Part shown: in pieces, positions 25,516 to 38,600 of the stretch
How positions within the stretch are numbered: the first letter of the stretch is position 1
Layout of the letters: each line of letters begins with the position of its first letter
Origin: Isurus oxyrinchus
Taxonomy: Eukaryota
Reading direction: 5' to 3'
Length of the DNA: 64,000 nt
Assembly: GCA_026770705.1 (NCBI GenBank)
Contig: JANJGN010000119.1
Coordinates: 930,001 to 994,000, forward strand
The notes under the pieces: generated by a model
Told to the model about the DNA's origin: nothing
The model's input: the letters and a program-made list of their open reading frames with translations, nothing else
Database searches by the model: none
Made by a program: the position numbers and the translations under genes

Positions 25516-25899
25516 CCCTACGGATGTGTACAGGAAGCTTGAGGTTTCTGTACTTTTCAGTTGAGCTTTTCTTTAACTCAATTTGGGCAAACAGGTTGCA
25601 ACAACCAATTTAAGTCTCTGTTGTAATGACATAAATTCTCTCCAGAGAAAGCTGTACGCCTTTTCCGCTTTATGTGGGCAAATAGCAAACCACAATCACA
25701 GAACGTTCTGCTTCATACAAGAAGTGTCAAATACTTCCAATGAAAGGATTTTCATTAGATTTCATTCGGAAAACACGGAGGCTGAGGCACGGGGTCGAGC
25801 AAGCATTCACTTGAAGCAAGGATGGCAATGAAGGAACGGTTTTCTCTATTTCGCTTAATGACCCACATATTTAGCAAGTATTCAATGAAAGATACGCTG

Positions 25900-26292
25900 G
25901 CTGAAACGTGACCGCTCAAGTCAGGTGTCTCACTTCAGTTCTTGGCCCATAATCAGTGAAATTATAAAATGGGCAACTAGAAATACTTCAAAAATAATTA
26001 ATTGTTGATGCAAGCATGTTGCATTTAGCCTGCAATGGTGTTGGTACTAAAACGTCGCGAGGTCTCATTTTATTTCAGTGGTAACTCTACTTGGGTGAAT
26101 TAATTTTGTAATTGAATTCGAAATATCAACCGGAAGGTTTCAAGGATCCTTTGCTGTACCCTGGGTTGTTTCTACCCTCTTTATCTGAGGTCATTCAGAT
26201 GTTAACTAATATACTGAATTTGTGAACCGCGATCAGAGATTTATATAATGACGTGCAATGTAACTATGAAGAGCTCATAAAGTCATTGTTTT
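25900..26292 (-). mobile_element. Foamy-virus-like env copy H (TM heptad region)
   Basis: Shares the 17-mer cataaagtcattgtttt with 24851; IQYIS*HLNDLR vs VQHLHTHLNHLK; FEVFLVAHFI vs WNVVNIGHLV. Confidence 0.55.
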
Positions 26293-26294
26293 AT

Positions 26295-27600
26295 AAACAC
26301 AACACGTTGCTTATATATAGCGACTTCAAGATAACAAATCATCCCAAGAGTTTAAAAAATACATTCGACAGTACACTTTGACACCGAGCCACAGTGGAAG
26401 GTAACATAGGGATGAGAAATAGCGTCGGCAAGAGTTAGGTTTTAAGGTGATCCAAAAAATCAAAGACACGTTCTAATTGGTTCATTGACTGAGGGAATGA
26501 AATTGAGAGCTGAAGCCATCGGCAACAGTAGAGCGATTAAATTCCGGGATAAAGAATTGGCAAGAATTTGAGAAGCACAATGGTGTCAGAGGGCTTGGGC
26601 TTGGAGCAGATTACTGAGATTGAGTTTTGAAGAAGCCTCAGAGTTACCTGGCAACAGAGAAATGTTAAATCGAGTCTTTAATTTATCTGGAATGGATGTT
26701 GCTAATCGAAAGCAGGACTTAAATATCAAGAGAACTGGATGTGAGCCAAGCCATGAGCTGCAATTGTTTTAGGTCGTCTCAAGATTATTACGAGCAGATT
26801 GTGGGAGGGTAACAAAAATAAGCGAGAATAATACGACCTAGTGATGTAAACCGAATGGAAAGGAGTTTCAGGATCAGACAAGTCCAAACATGGGATAGAC
26901 TTTGACAATGTCGCAGATCGGTGAGCTTCCAAGGGAATAGCGGTAGGGTGGATATATGTTCGTGTGGTCAACCCCTTTCAAAGTTGTCGTTGATCACATA
27001 GATACCGAAGGGAGCATGGAGATTGTCGTAATGGAGCAGAGCTTTTGAGGTGAACTGAAGACATTCTTTTCCTCGAACTCTGAATGTCAGACAACAGCAT
27101 GGCTAACTGAAGGTCGGTGAGGAACAGGGCATGTGGATGAGAGAAGGAATTCGGCGTGCACTGTGCACATGTGGAAACTGAAGCACATTTTTTCTATGAC
27201 ATTACCAAGGCACTGTTTGCAGATGAGAAACTGAATACTGATTGAATTTTTGCAGGCTGCACAGAAACATATCGTGCAGGAGCAGGGAGAGAAGTGATTT
27301 CAGCTTGTTTCTAGAGTGCTATTGGAACATTTATAATGGAAACAAGTGATGGAAGTACAATCCAGGTATATTATAGGACAAAGGAGTTGAGAGACGCGGG
27401 AGCGTTCCACAATTTAAAATCTGGAACATAGGTCTGCGTAGGATGACGAGGGTTCATTTAATTTTGTCAGTCACCTTCTAAGTCAGTTGTTATAGAAACT
27501 GTTCTTGGAATGTCGGAGGTGTGGATGCTTCATGGGATTGATTCAAACGTGGACTTCTGGCAAAGGTGTTTGTAATCAATTGCATTAGAAAAAAGACATG
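26295..27600 (-). mobile_element. Decayed L2 LINE 3' portion
   Basis: aacacgttgcttatatatagcgac..tttgacaccgagccac..taggttttaagg L2 tail; same family as 32960 and 55540. Confidence 0.7.
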
Positions 27601-27629
27601 GAGAGAGTGCCATGGTATCGAGCAATCAA

Positions 27630-27990
27630 TCAGTTGAAACAACGAAGATAATGACGAAATAACCTATTCTAATCCAGTTAATGACCCACGCTTTGAATAA
27701 TTCTACAGTTGCAAATTGATGCCGATTCGCAGAAGCGTTGTCATTGTGTATGCACCAGGGAACAGGTAAATTCAACTCATGCTGGTCACTCTGATTGGTC
27801 AAAGATTTAAAAACTTGATGCCCCACGGCCATGTCTAAACCAATCCGAGTCCACTTGGAAGCGATTCAGCAGTCTTATCTCATGCAATACGAATTGTTGT
27901 TTTCATCACAATGGGTAATATTGAACTTCTGTCATGTTGACTGCAAGCCAAAAAAAGACACTTCAACAGCTTGTTTCTTTTTTTCAGCAA
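27630..27990 (+). mobile_element. Penelope element 3' fragment
   Basis: Paralogous to 58130-58600 (cagcagtcttatctcatgcaatacgaattgttg..ttttttcagca). Confidence 0.55.
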
Positions 27991-28689
27991 CACTTATGCT
28001 CTGTTTTGATAAACAACCATGTATTCTTCTCTACAAAGAGGACTGCTTAGAATCACAATGATTACAAATGAATGCGGTGCCTGCCAATTTGAAGTGTAAG
28101 TGGCTGGATTCTGTTTGCCGTGTGTCTGAAATGCGTGCACCATTTTACATTACAGACAACTAACAGCATCTTCGAAGTTTCTAGTCACGATTATTTGACA
28201 GCCACATAAAACTACCGAATTCCTATTTACATTTCTATGATCCCCTTCACTATTTTGGCAATCCGTCCCATTTCTGCCAATCAGATGTACATTAACAAGT
28301 GATGTTGACCACTTCCTCTTTTTTCATCCAAAAGGACCCAGCACTGAGGAATCATATATCAGGAAGGCAGTGTTTTGCTCCTCACCCTCATTCCCGCTGT
28401 CATGCCTTGTTCCACAAGAGATGTGCCACCGAGGCCCGCAGGTGAAACATGAGTTATCTCCATTCCTTTTGCCTCTTATTTCCTACTATGAAACAATGAT
28501 TGCAAAGATATAAAAACGACTTATATTGTTTTTGTGTAACTTCCAGGGATCCAACTTTTGTACTGCATAATCCTGGGTACAGTCCTTCGTTTCCAGACCA
28601 TTAGAAATCCTCACAAGCCAAATTAAGCTTATGTCCACTTTCACTAGAATGCCATTGATAACTTCCGTCTCCTCCATTGAATCTGGTGT

Positions 28690-29660
28690 CTATTCACTTT
28701 CTATAACTCCTTGTTCAGCATGAGGCAGAATTTGCTTGAGCTGAAACTCAGTCAAAATGTAGTTTTGATTCTGACATACACCAAGTGTAACCACGATGCC
28801 AAATACCGTAACTGCTGTGGGTGATAAGTAGTACATACAATGCATAAGTGTCCCGATTCCAACATTTGAAATCTTTTTCTGGATAAATATGCAAAGCCCT
28901 CTCTTCTGTCGTCGTTATTGGAAGATGTTTGTCCACCCCATCTAATCATTTTGCCCCGGAGTCACTGCGTATTTCAGCAATCTCCCGCAGGCATAAATGG
29001 CTGTGTGCAGTCTCCACACTTATCTCCACTCCTGTAGTAAAACATTATTCCTAATGCACAACTCCTCCTGCAGTATCGTCTACACACATTCTGCAAGGAA
29101 CTGCACCGAGGAGATCCTGAATTCCAGCATTACATCCTCCTATCTCTCTTTCTTCCTTCACAAAACAAACATCTACATCTTTACAGCTAACTCGATGCTT
29201 AACACTCCAAAAGCTTTTCCAGCTGTTGTTTGGTTTTGGCTTGTTAGTGTTCTGAGAAGACTGTCTGAAGCATGTGCGGAGAGCAATGTTGGTGAATGTT
29301 TTCAAGATTGTAGCATGCTCCCAGTTCAGTGGAGGTGTACGTTTTCGCACCTTGATAATCTGCGATATGGTTTAACTCGAAAGAGATTCTTTCTTGCCCT
29401 AAACTAAACCATCATTTCTTCATCTATCCGGGCACATCCAGTCTTTAAAGGTACACTGATCTTTACACAGCACTAAAATTCAGTTGCTTTGCCAGCACAG
29501 TGAGATTAGGCACAGATGGTAAATGCATAAGAATTCTTAAACTGAAGTACAAAGCAACTTTATTTTCTGGACCACGAGACACAGACACAGGGTAAAACAG
29601 GTACCCAGAAACAAGAAGCAGCATCAAGAAAAGGAACAAGAAATTGGTGTTAAGCGAGAA
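28690..29660 (-). mobile_element. Decayed gamma/epsilon-type ERV env-like fragment
   Basis: Hydrophobic signal-like FLFLFLMLLLVSG; NLF..H..Y; VCFVKEEREIGGCN..PCRMC; VGIGTLM; VVTLGVCQNQNYIL..LNKEL; purine tract aagaggcaaaaggaa|tg near 28462-28478. Confidence 0.4.
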
Positions 29661-29889
29661 AACATTAATCACCTCAATTTGTTCAGGGAAAAAAATTGAC
29701 ACGGAGCAAACAAAGAAAGCTTTGAGGCAGCTAACACCAATGTCGTGCTGGAATGTAGTACCCCCAACCCAACACCGCCACCTCACCTTCCCACCTCCAC
29801 CACGCCGCTACGACTACCACCACAATAGTTCCACTGGAAAACACTAACCCCCAATTCATTTAATTTAAGTGCTAAAGATTTGGATTGGC

Positions 29890-30820
29890 AGGCGATTTAT
29901 TGAACGAAAACCACATCTGATTGGATAACTCAAGGCAGAATGGTTTCCCCTCTTTGCACCGCAGGAACTCTCTGCTATTGCAAAATCCATCCATGTGGGA
30001 ATGCAAACATAACAACCAGCCTATGTTCTCCACCAAAATCCGGCTTCATAATCTGCCCACGTGCCTCCTCCACAGTCACCTCCAATAGCAAAACTCAGAA
30101 GCTCATTTATTGTAATTCACAAACTTTGAGAGATCCGTTGAGAAAGCTTGTCTGATTTCTTCAATTGCCCATCTTCCAATAGGTCACTCTTGCCATGATG
30201 TCTTCTGATGTTCTGGTCCTGGCTTGCGCCCACCAAGCTCTGCAAATTAGTGACACCTGCCTCCTGGTCCTTCAACCCTATTGTACTAAGTTGATCACGG
30301 AGCCATTTCCATTTGTGTCTCCCATTCATGTTGATACCGCTAATGCTGCCCCGCTCGTTGGGTGCTATGACAGCACTCTCAATTAAAAAAAAAACATTAC
30401 CACCCCTCTCCATCAAACACACCGTCTGCCCTGACAAACTATTGTCACACCTCCAAAATCGCTTCCATTCTTATAGTCCTCAAATGGGTTGTAATCTTCC
30501 AAATCTGTGAATAGCTTTCTGAACAGTTCATGTTTATTTCCGTGGATTCAGTTATTGCCAGCAGACAGAATTTGAGCACCGCTTTTGAAGGACACAAATG
30601 ACCTGACTTCTGAAAGAAAGGCTTTGCTAATCTAAATCTGCTCATTCTTCTCCAGCTGCAGACTTGATAAAAATTGGCCACAACATTCTCTAACAATGCG
30701 TCCCCTCCTTTCGGTAGGTAGAGCAGAATTTCACTTGCCTTGTTCCACTCGTTTTGACATATATTGGCTAGAGAGCAACCTGCAAAGGATTGCCTGTCCA
30801 TTTCTACGCAGTTGGCTCTT
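29890..30820 (+). mobile_element. Decayed L2 LINE RT fragment
   Basis: TALLKDTND..LLILL..AA.D.IGHNIL..LALFHS resembles the L2 motif TETALIKVTND..LLDLSAAFDTVDH. Confidence 0.6.
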
Positions 30821-30879
30821 GCCCTTCAATTAATGTAGACTTACCCTGTGCACCTCCCACCGTACCCCCACCTCTCCCA

Positions 30880-31620
30880 CGCTGGCTATCTGTCATCTGC
30901 ATGCTGCAGTTCGATGATATCAAGCCTGGTTACAGGAACGCAGTTCCTCAAGAACTGTCAACATGCATGAAAAACTGGCTAACAACCTGGCTTGTGTTTG
31001 TTACTGCAGGTAACTTTCGTGCTATATGAATGACTGGCAATGCCCATCTCCAGCAACAGACGACCCCACGATCTCCCAATTCTGTAACCCAAAGCACCAA
31101 CATTCTCGAGCTTATCATTAAAAATAACCTTAGCTGAGCTTGTGATGTGCATCCTTCCTCTATGGGTTCAGGCTGGAGAATGGGAACTCTGCAGGTATTG
31201 ACCCACGGCTTGACTTCAAAATGCTTGCCCACCACACAAATGTCACATATCAGGAGCGTGATTAAATAAAATCTATACATGGATGAATGCTGCTCCAATA
31301 ATATTGAGTAACGGAATACCACAGAGGGAAAAAAAAAACTGTTAGTTTGACAACCCATCGATGGGCTGAAGCAGTCAATTCTTCCAAAACCATCGCACAG
31401 TAACAGCAGTGTGAGCCAACTAGAAGAAGCGCTGCAGCAATTCACCAATTGTCTGTCGACGACATCTTCCAGACCCACCATTTCTCCATCATAGAACAAC
31501 GAGGGCAACAGATGCTTAGAAAACAATACCAGCAATTATCTTCCAAGAGACACAGAAGCTAACTTCGAAATGCATTGTCAGGCCATCACTGTCGCTATCG
31601 TTGTGAAATGATTATGTTGC
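30880..31620 (+). mobile_element. CR1-type LINE 3' fragment
   Basis: RT C-terminal/3' region (ggatgaatgctgctccaa; accatttctccatcatagaacaacgagggca). Confidence 0.6.
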
Positions 31621-32959
31621 CTTCTGTAAATAATACTTTCGCTGTCCCGAAACTACATAGAATTCAGCGGCTCAAGAATGCGGCTGAAAACCTATAAATA
31701 ATTGCCTCTCACCACACAGACTGAACATCAGAACAACCGTTATGATCCTACATTCTACAGTTAATAACAGAAACAAAATCTTTGAGCTGCTGCTAGCGCA
31801 TGAGCGCTGAACTGTTGAGCTGCAATCGAACAGCAGACCCACGCACATCATGCTCCAAAAATCATAATGATGGACATGGTGCATGTCCGAGCACATCACA
31901 TACATTCTCTCAGAATAGAGAAATACGTAGATGTATTTGATACTGAAGGAATTATGCATATCTGGCTCAAAACGTTATCTCCGTTTCAATCTCTACAGGG
32001 GCATCCACGTCTGCAGTGTCAGTATTTCAAGCATTTTATGTTTTAATATCAAAAATCATATCACAGTCGACCTGAGACTGGGCAATAGAACTTGAATCAC
32101 ACAGTCATTATCAATACATCAAATGCTGAATATAAGAAACGGAATGATGGAGCGGTTCCAAGCATATTCCACATGGTCTATCAGCCAAATGATTATGGTG
32201 CAGATTGTTTTTAATAGCAGCCTCAGAGCAGAGGTGATGCAGCAGTTCTAAGGATGTGACATTTTGAATTTAGTTACCTTTATATTATAGCAGCTGAATG
32301 GTCACCACACTATATAGAGCATAAGAAGTGTACAGTGCAGAGACCAGTATATCTAAGGACAGAGGAAGGCACTGTAAACTTCATAATTATATACATCAAT
32401 TTAAAATGTCAGACAACATAGGATATAGTAAAATATACAGAGTGCAATGATTGAGCAACCAAAGTTGAGTGCAGGAAAGGATAAGCTACATTCAGGCAAG
32501 GGGGCAACACAGTCATATGCAAAGAAGAAGGTTTTAAAATCTGAAACCGAACATCGATAAATACCAGGCACAAGCCTATGAAATGCAGATTCAGAAAGAA
32601 GGCAATGCTGTACCAGAAACTCAATGATACAGGAATGAGAGCACAACCAATTAGAGACATACATTCAAGGATATTGAATCATTCACTCCTGCATTCAGAG
32701 TAAGGTGCACTTGGATTAAGAGTCAGATTCCCAGACACGCATTGTCATTCCCAGAGTAATACAGAGCCAGACACATCGGGATTCAAGACGAAATATCGAA
32801 TTAGGCACGCCACGATGCAGAATAAGCCAGATTTAGAAAGACGTCAGCAAGCAAAACATATTCAAGCACAGTGCCTGATACACCTGTACAAGGTCAAAAG
32901 AACAGTGATATCGACTCAGAAATAGAGGGGCGCAGTGACCTGCTGCGGACAGATAATAG

Positions 32960-33420
32960 GAAATCGTATATATACACAGCACCTTTGACAGAGTGAAAAT
33001 GTCCAAGGCACATCATTGGCACATTCTCTTGTTTAAAGGCACATAAACAAATAAATGCTTAATTAAACTGTTTCAAGGGTGGAAACAGAACTGAAAGGTG
33101 AAGTGTAGACAGGTAATTCTAGACATTGGAGCGTAGGCAACTAGAAGCAGAGTCAATATTTGTGGGCCAATTAGAATCGTTAATGAACAAGGGGTCAGTA
33201 TTAGAGGAGGACAGACACATCATAAATTGATGGGGTTGGAAGAGATTATAAATGTATGGGGTGACGAAACTTTAAGAGTCTTTGGAAATATGTAATTACA
33301 TTATAAGTCCATGTAATTGAGCCAGTAAAGCGGTAATAGTTGCAAGGACTTGCTGCGATTTAAGCCATGGGAAGCAGAGTTTTTGATGACCTAATTTTAT
33401 ATCGGAGTCAGGTCCATAGA
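32960..33420 (-). mobile_element. L2 LINE 3' fragment
   Basis: tatatacacagcacctttgaca..gtccaaggca tail motif. Confidence 0.55.
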
Positions 33421-33854
33421 ATGTGATGAAATCCTTTTTTTGTTATGTGTAAGGGCGTGTGTGTCTCTTGTGGAATCTCAATTAGGATCGGAAACGTAAT
33501 TAGAATGAATCACAATGTCAAGCGATGTACTATAGAAACAATTTGATTGAACACTGTACAGTGATAATTTTAAAAGCATAGTGATATCGCAATAATAACT
33601 GATAATATGAAACGATATAAGCAAATAGGAAAAGATGAGTGCAACTTCATTGAAAGGGAAAAGGAAGTCAAATGGCATGAAAATAAAACGTTTTTTTGCC
33701 CCTAAGCACAAACAATGGGCCTGTACAGTGACAGTTCTCCAAAAAGGCAAATCCTAAATTAATCTGTTCCAGGACAAGGTCCTAAATTGTGAAGCTTCTC
33801 ACTCAGTGCACTCATAATCAAGTTTCTGAATGGCCATACACCGGGGTGTATCAT

Positions 33855-34790
33855 GGGGTCAAGAATTTTCCCCACCACTGATGTCAGGCTGACTAGTCTA
33901 TAATTCCCTGTTTTCTCTCTACCTCCATTTTTAAATAGTGGGGTTACATTAGATACCCGAGAATCTGTAGAAACTGTTCCAGAGTCTATAGAATCTCGGA
34001 AGGTGACAACCAATGCATCTATTATTTCTAAGGCCTCTTCTGTAAGTACTCTGGGATGTAGATTATCAGGCTCTGGGGATTTATCGGTCTTAAATTCCAT
34101 CAATTTCCCCAACAACATTTCCCTAACCATCCTGATTCTTTCAGTTCCTCCCGTTCACTAAATCTTTTGTTTCCCAAAAGTTCCATTATGTTATTTGTGT
34201 CCTCCTTTGTGAAGACATAACCAAGGTATACAGTTCATTGGTCGGCCACTTCTTTTTTCCCATTATAAATTCCCCTGCTTTTGACTATCAGGGGCCGACA
34301 TTTGTCATCACAAATTTTGTTCTCTGCACATAACAATAGAAACTTTTAAAGTCACTTTTTGTATTCCCCACAAGCTTACTCTCGTACGCTGTTTTCCGCT
34401 TCTTAATCAATCCTTTGCTACTTCTATGCTGAATTCTAAACTGCGCCCGATCCTCAGGTCTGTTGTTTCTCTGGTCAATTTGCATGCTTTTTCCTTGTAA
34501 GTAATACTAAATCTAATTTCACTTGTAAGCCATGTGTTGGCCACATTTCCTATTTTACTTCTGCGCACAACAGGAATAAACAATTGTTGCAGTTCACACA
34601 CGTACTCTTTGTACGTTTGCCATTGCTTATCCACCATCATCCCTTAAAGTAACGTTTCCCAATCCATCAGAGCCAACTCGCACCTCAGATCACTGTATTT
34701 TTCTTTATTAAGTTTAGGGGCCCTAGTGTCGGAATCAATTACATCACTCTGCATCTTGAAAATGAATTCAATCTTATTAAAGCCTGAGCT
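33855..34790 (-). mobile_element. CR1 LINE ORF2 fragment
   Basis: ORF 33759-34130 KSPEPDNLHPRVL..NVTPLFKNGGREKTGNYRLVSLTSVVGKIL. Confidence 0.9.
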
Positions 34791-35690
34791 GTTATTAGAA
34801 CTGAGAAATAGCAGCGAATTGACAGGTTTAAAGCTACGGCATTTGGGGGATGTGGGGGCAAGGAGAGAACAGAATGGAACTGACGGTGTTATTACATGAC
34901 AAAAGGGATGATGGTGCAAGACAAAAGCACAGCATCTCCATTGCAATTGGTGGGTGGGGGGCAATGTTGGGGTTGGGTGCGGGTGTGTGGTGTTGGTGAT
35001 GGTTGGAGACATAGCGTGGTCCGTGACTCAGGAATACAGTTTGTGCTCGGGTTAAGGATAATGGCTGTGATACAGCCGGAAGGTACGATGGCAACATCCC
35101 TGATTAACTGATGCCTCCCGGGAGCGTTTCTCCAGACTGCACTGGGTCCGAGAGATGTCACGTTCTGTAAGGACGGGAGGACATGATTGGCACATTCAGA
35201 CCAGGCAAGCCTGGGCAGAGATTGCCGAGGAGTTGAGCAGGAATTGAGCATGTGGTTGCAGTGACACAAAAAAGATCAATAACCTGATGCAATCTGCAAA
35301 GCTGACTGCAGCAAACAGTGTTCAAAATGCAGCCTTGTTTTTGACTACGGATGTTCAGGAAGCAGCGTTGACTGTCAGAGACATGTGAACCTCTCTGTGC
35401 AAGGCCTTGGTCAGTCAGAGTTGACGACTGCTCTGCCGAGACTGAGTGGCCACATGCAGGAGGCATTTCTGTGGTGTCAAGATGGAGATCCAGGCTGAAC
35501 GCATCATAAACTAACGTGTATCTTTGCTGGGTGAGTAACCATTGAGATGCATGTGCTTGTAGAAGAGAGCCCATGATGTCAGGGAAGGAGCCACTAAGAG
35601 TGCTGACATCCAGATCTTGCCATCCTTACACTAATGGAAGATGAGGTGCTGCAGCGGGGAGGACTGACAGCAGGGCGGTTGGTTGGTGGA
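34790..35690 (+). mobile_element. PIF/Harbinger remnant with Myb/SANT-like ORF fragment
   Basis: QAWAEIAEELS../WLQ*HKKINNL at about 35200-35290 vs consensus AWxEIAxxV..WxQCRKKFNDL. Confidence 0.55.
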
Positions 35691-35699
35691 GAACGTGTT

Positions 35700-38600
35700 G
35701 GAATAAGAACAGAATAACTAGGAGCAGGTGTAGGCTATTCAGCCCCTCAAGCCTTCTCCGTCTTTTGATAAGATGATGGCTGATCTGATTCTGGCTGATC
35801 TGATTCTAGCTGATCTGATTCTGGCCTGAACTCCGCTTTCTTGCCGGTCTGCCGTAGCCCTGGATTCTCTTGTCAATCAAAAATCTACCTTAACTCAGCC
35901 TTGAATGTATTCAATGACCCAGCCTCTTTTCGCCTCATGGGAATGTAATTCCAAAGATTAAGTAAATTTCTTCTCATCTCAGTCTTAAATGGGAGACCCC
36001 ATTTTTTTTTTTTTACATTTCCCTTCGTTCTAATCATACAGGAAGAAAGCTCCACTCCGCATACACTCTGTCAAATCTGCTCAGGAACTTATATTTTCAA
36101 TAAGATCACCTCTCAGCCTCCTGAACACCAACGGGTATAGGCCAGAAATGCCCAACTTTTCACCATAAAATAAACCACTTCATCCCAGAGATCAGTCGAG
36201 TGAACCTTCTCTGAACTGGTTCTAAAGCAAATAAAAAGTAAATAGACCAAAACTGTATAGTTTACACGAGATGCTGCATGCCTAAGGCCCTGTACATCTG
36301 CAGCAAAATTTCCCTACTTTTACATAGCATTCCCCATGCAATATAAACATGTGAAAGAGGAGCAGGAACCAGATATTCAGCCTTTCGAGCCCTCTCTGCC
36401 ATTCACTGAGATCATGGTTAACCTTCCATGTCAAAAATATTTCCTTCTATTAACCTCTTGTTCCATGAGGTTTTCAACGTGTAGAAATCTGTAAATCTCA
36501 GTCTTGAATATATAAAATGACTCAGCCTCCACAGCCCTCTGGGGCAGTGATTTCCAAAATGTATCACCCTCTGAGTGAAGAAATTCCTCCACATCTCAGT
36601 CCTAAATGGCCAGTCCCTTATTCTGAGACTGTGCCCCCTGGTTCTAGGCACCTCCAACATTCGGAAACGTCCTACTTGCATCTACACTCTCAATCCCTGT
36701 AAGAATTTTGTATGCTTGAATGAGATCACCTCTCATTGTTCTAAACGCATGGCTCCAGGAATTATTTAAGTGGAACCTTCATTGCACTCAGTCTAAAACA
36801 AGTTTATCTTTCCTTAGGTAAGAAGACAAAAACGGCAAAGAATGCTACTGTTGCTGTCTCACCAAGGCTGTGAGACATCTTTGTTCCTATGCTCAAATCC
36901 ACTTGTAATATAAGCCAACATATCATTTAACTTTTTAACTGTTTGTTGTACATTCATGTTAGCTTTAAGTGACTCATGAACAAGGACATTTAAATATCTT
37001 TGAAGATCAAAGCTTCCCAGTCTCTCGCCATTTAACAAATGGTTTGAATTTGTCATTTCCTGCCAATGTGGATAACCACACATTTCTCAAAATTTCATTC
37101 CATCTGCCAAATTTTGGCCATTTTCTAATCCTTTCCAGGTCTCCCTGAAGCATATTTGCGACTGACACACCCACCTAATTTCCTGTCACCTACAAACTTG
37201 TAAATGACATTTAATGCTCACATCCAAATCTTTGATTTAGGTTGTGAAAATCTGCAGTAGTGATCATTGCGCTACCTCACTGTACCATATCCACGGCTCT
37301 CCCCTTATCTATTATGCTGACTGCATCCTCAAAAAAACACAACTGGTATGTTAAACATAATTTCCCTTCCATACATCCATGTTGAATCTGCCAAATGCTA
37401 CCATTATTTTCTAAGTGTTCTATTATCGGATCCTTTATTGCAGAATCCAGCATTTTCCCTACAAATTTATGTCAGGCTAACAGATGTCTGGTTCCCAGTT
37501 TATACTCTCCCTCCTTTCATAAACAAGGGGGTTACATTTTCTACCTTCCAATCTGCAGGAACCGTTCCAGAGCCTATAGAATTTTGAAATATGATCAGCA
37601 AAGCATCTACTATCTCTGTAGCCACTTCTTTCAACACTCTGGGATTCCAATCATCAGGTTCAGGGGCTTAATCTACTTAATGTCCCATTCATTTCGCTAA
37701 TAATTTTTTAAAACAAATATTAATATTTTGTTGTTCCTCATTTACACTCGTCCCTTGATTCTCCTCTACTTTTGAGCGATTTTTAATATTTTTCTCTGTG
37801 AAGACAGACCAAAAGTATTTGTTTAATTTCTCTGCCATTTCCTTATTCTGCATTGTAAATTTTCCTGACGTTGCTTGAAATGGACCGATATTTATTTTTA
37901 CTAATATTTTCTTTCTTATATATCTATAGAAGCATTTACAATCAGATTTTGTGTTTCTTGCTATTTTACTCTCATACTGTATATTTCCATTCTTAATCCC
38001 TTTCTATGTCCTCCTCTGCAGATTGCTAAAATGCATCCAATTCTCAGGCTTTCCTTCTTTTGGCAACTTTATACATCTGTTCCCTTCATCGAATACAATT
38101 CTTGATTTTGCGTTTTGAAACATTGGTTACTGGGTTTTTTGCATCAAAAGAATGTATTTTTGTTGTAAACACGTCACATTTCAAAGCCTTCAATGTTAGC
38201 TGGGGGTAAAAGCACTGCTGAGATTCAAACTCAGGATCTTCTGTTTACCAGACAGTTGTTTCAGCCGCTCAAGCCATAGAATCAATATGAACCCCAGCAT
38301 AACAATTGTATTCTTAATCTCTTGCTTCACTGCATGCCGACATTTAGTGATTCATAGGCAGGGGCGCCCAGTTCCCTGAGTACCATACAGCCTGCAGTCT
38401 TTTTCCAATCAGGTAAGATAGTACTTTTCTATTCTTCCAGCCAAAGTGGCAAAATTCACATTTTCTCACATAAAACCCCATCCGCCACTTCACAAGATGG
38501 TTTCCAATCTTTGCGCCATTGGCAAATTTAGCTACCATGCATTGAGTTCTTTTCACATGTAATTTACACAGATATTTGAGGCCCCAGCACTGACCCCTGT

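Noticed and set aside
28880-28925. RRQKR|GL as the env furin site
   Set aside because: Falls within what looks like SU sequence in another frame; position is ambiguous, so it was not used as evidence
30948-31535. 195-aa minus-strand ORF
   Set aside because: Antisense shadow of a plus-strand CR1 fragment
33440-33853. Possible solo Gypsy LTR
   Set aside because: TGTTA start is suggestive but no partner LTR or TSD was visible
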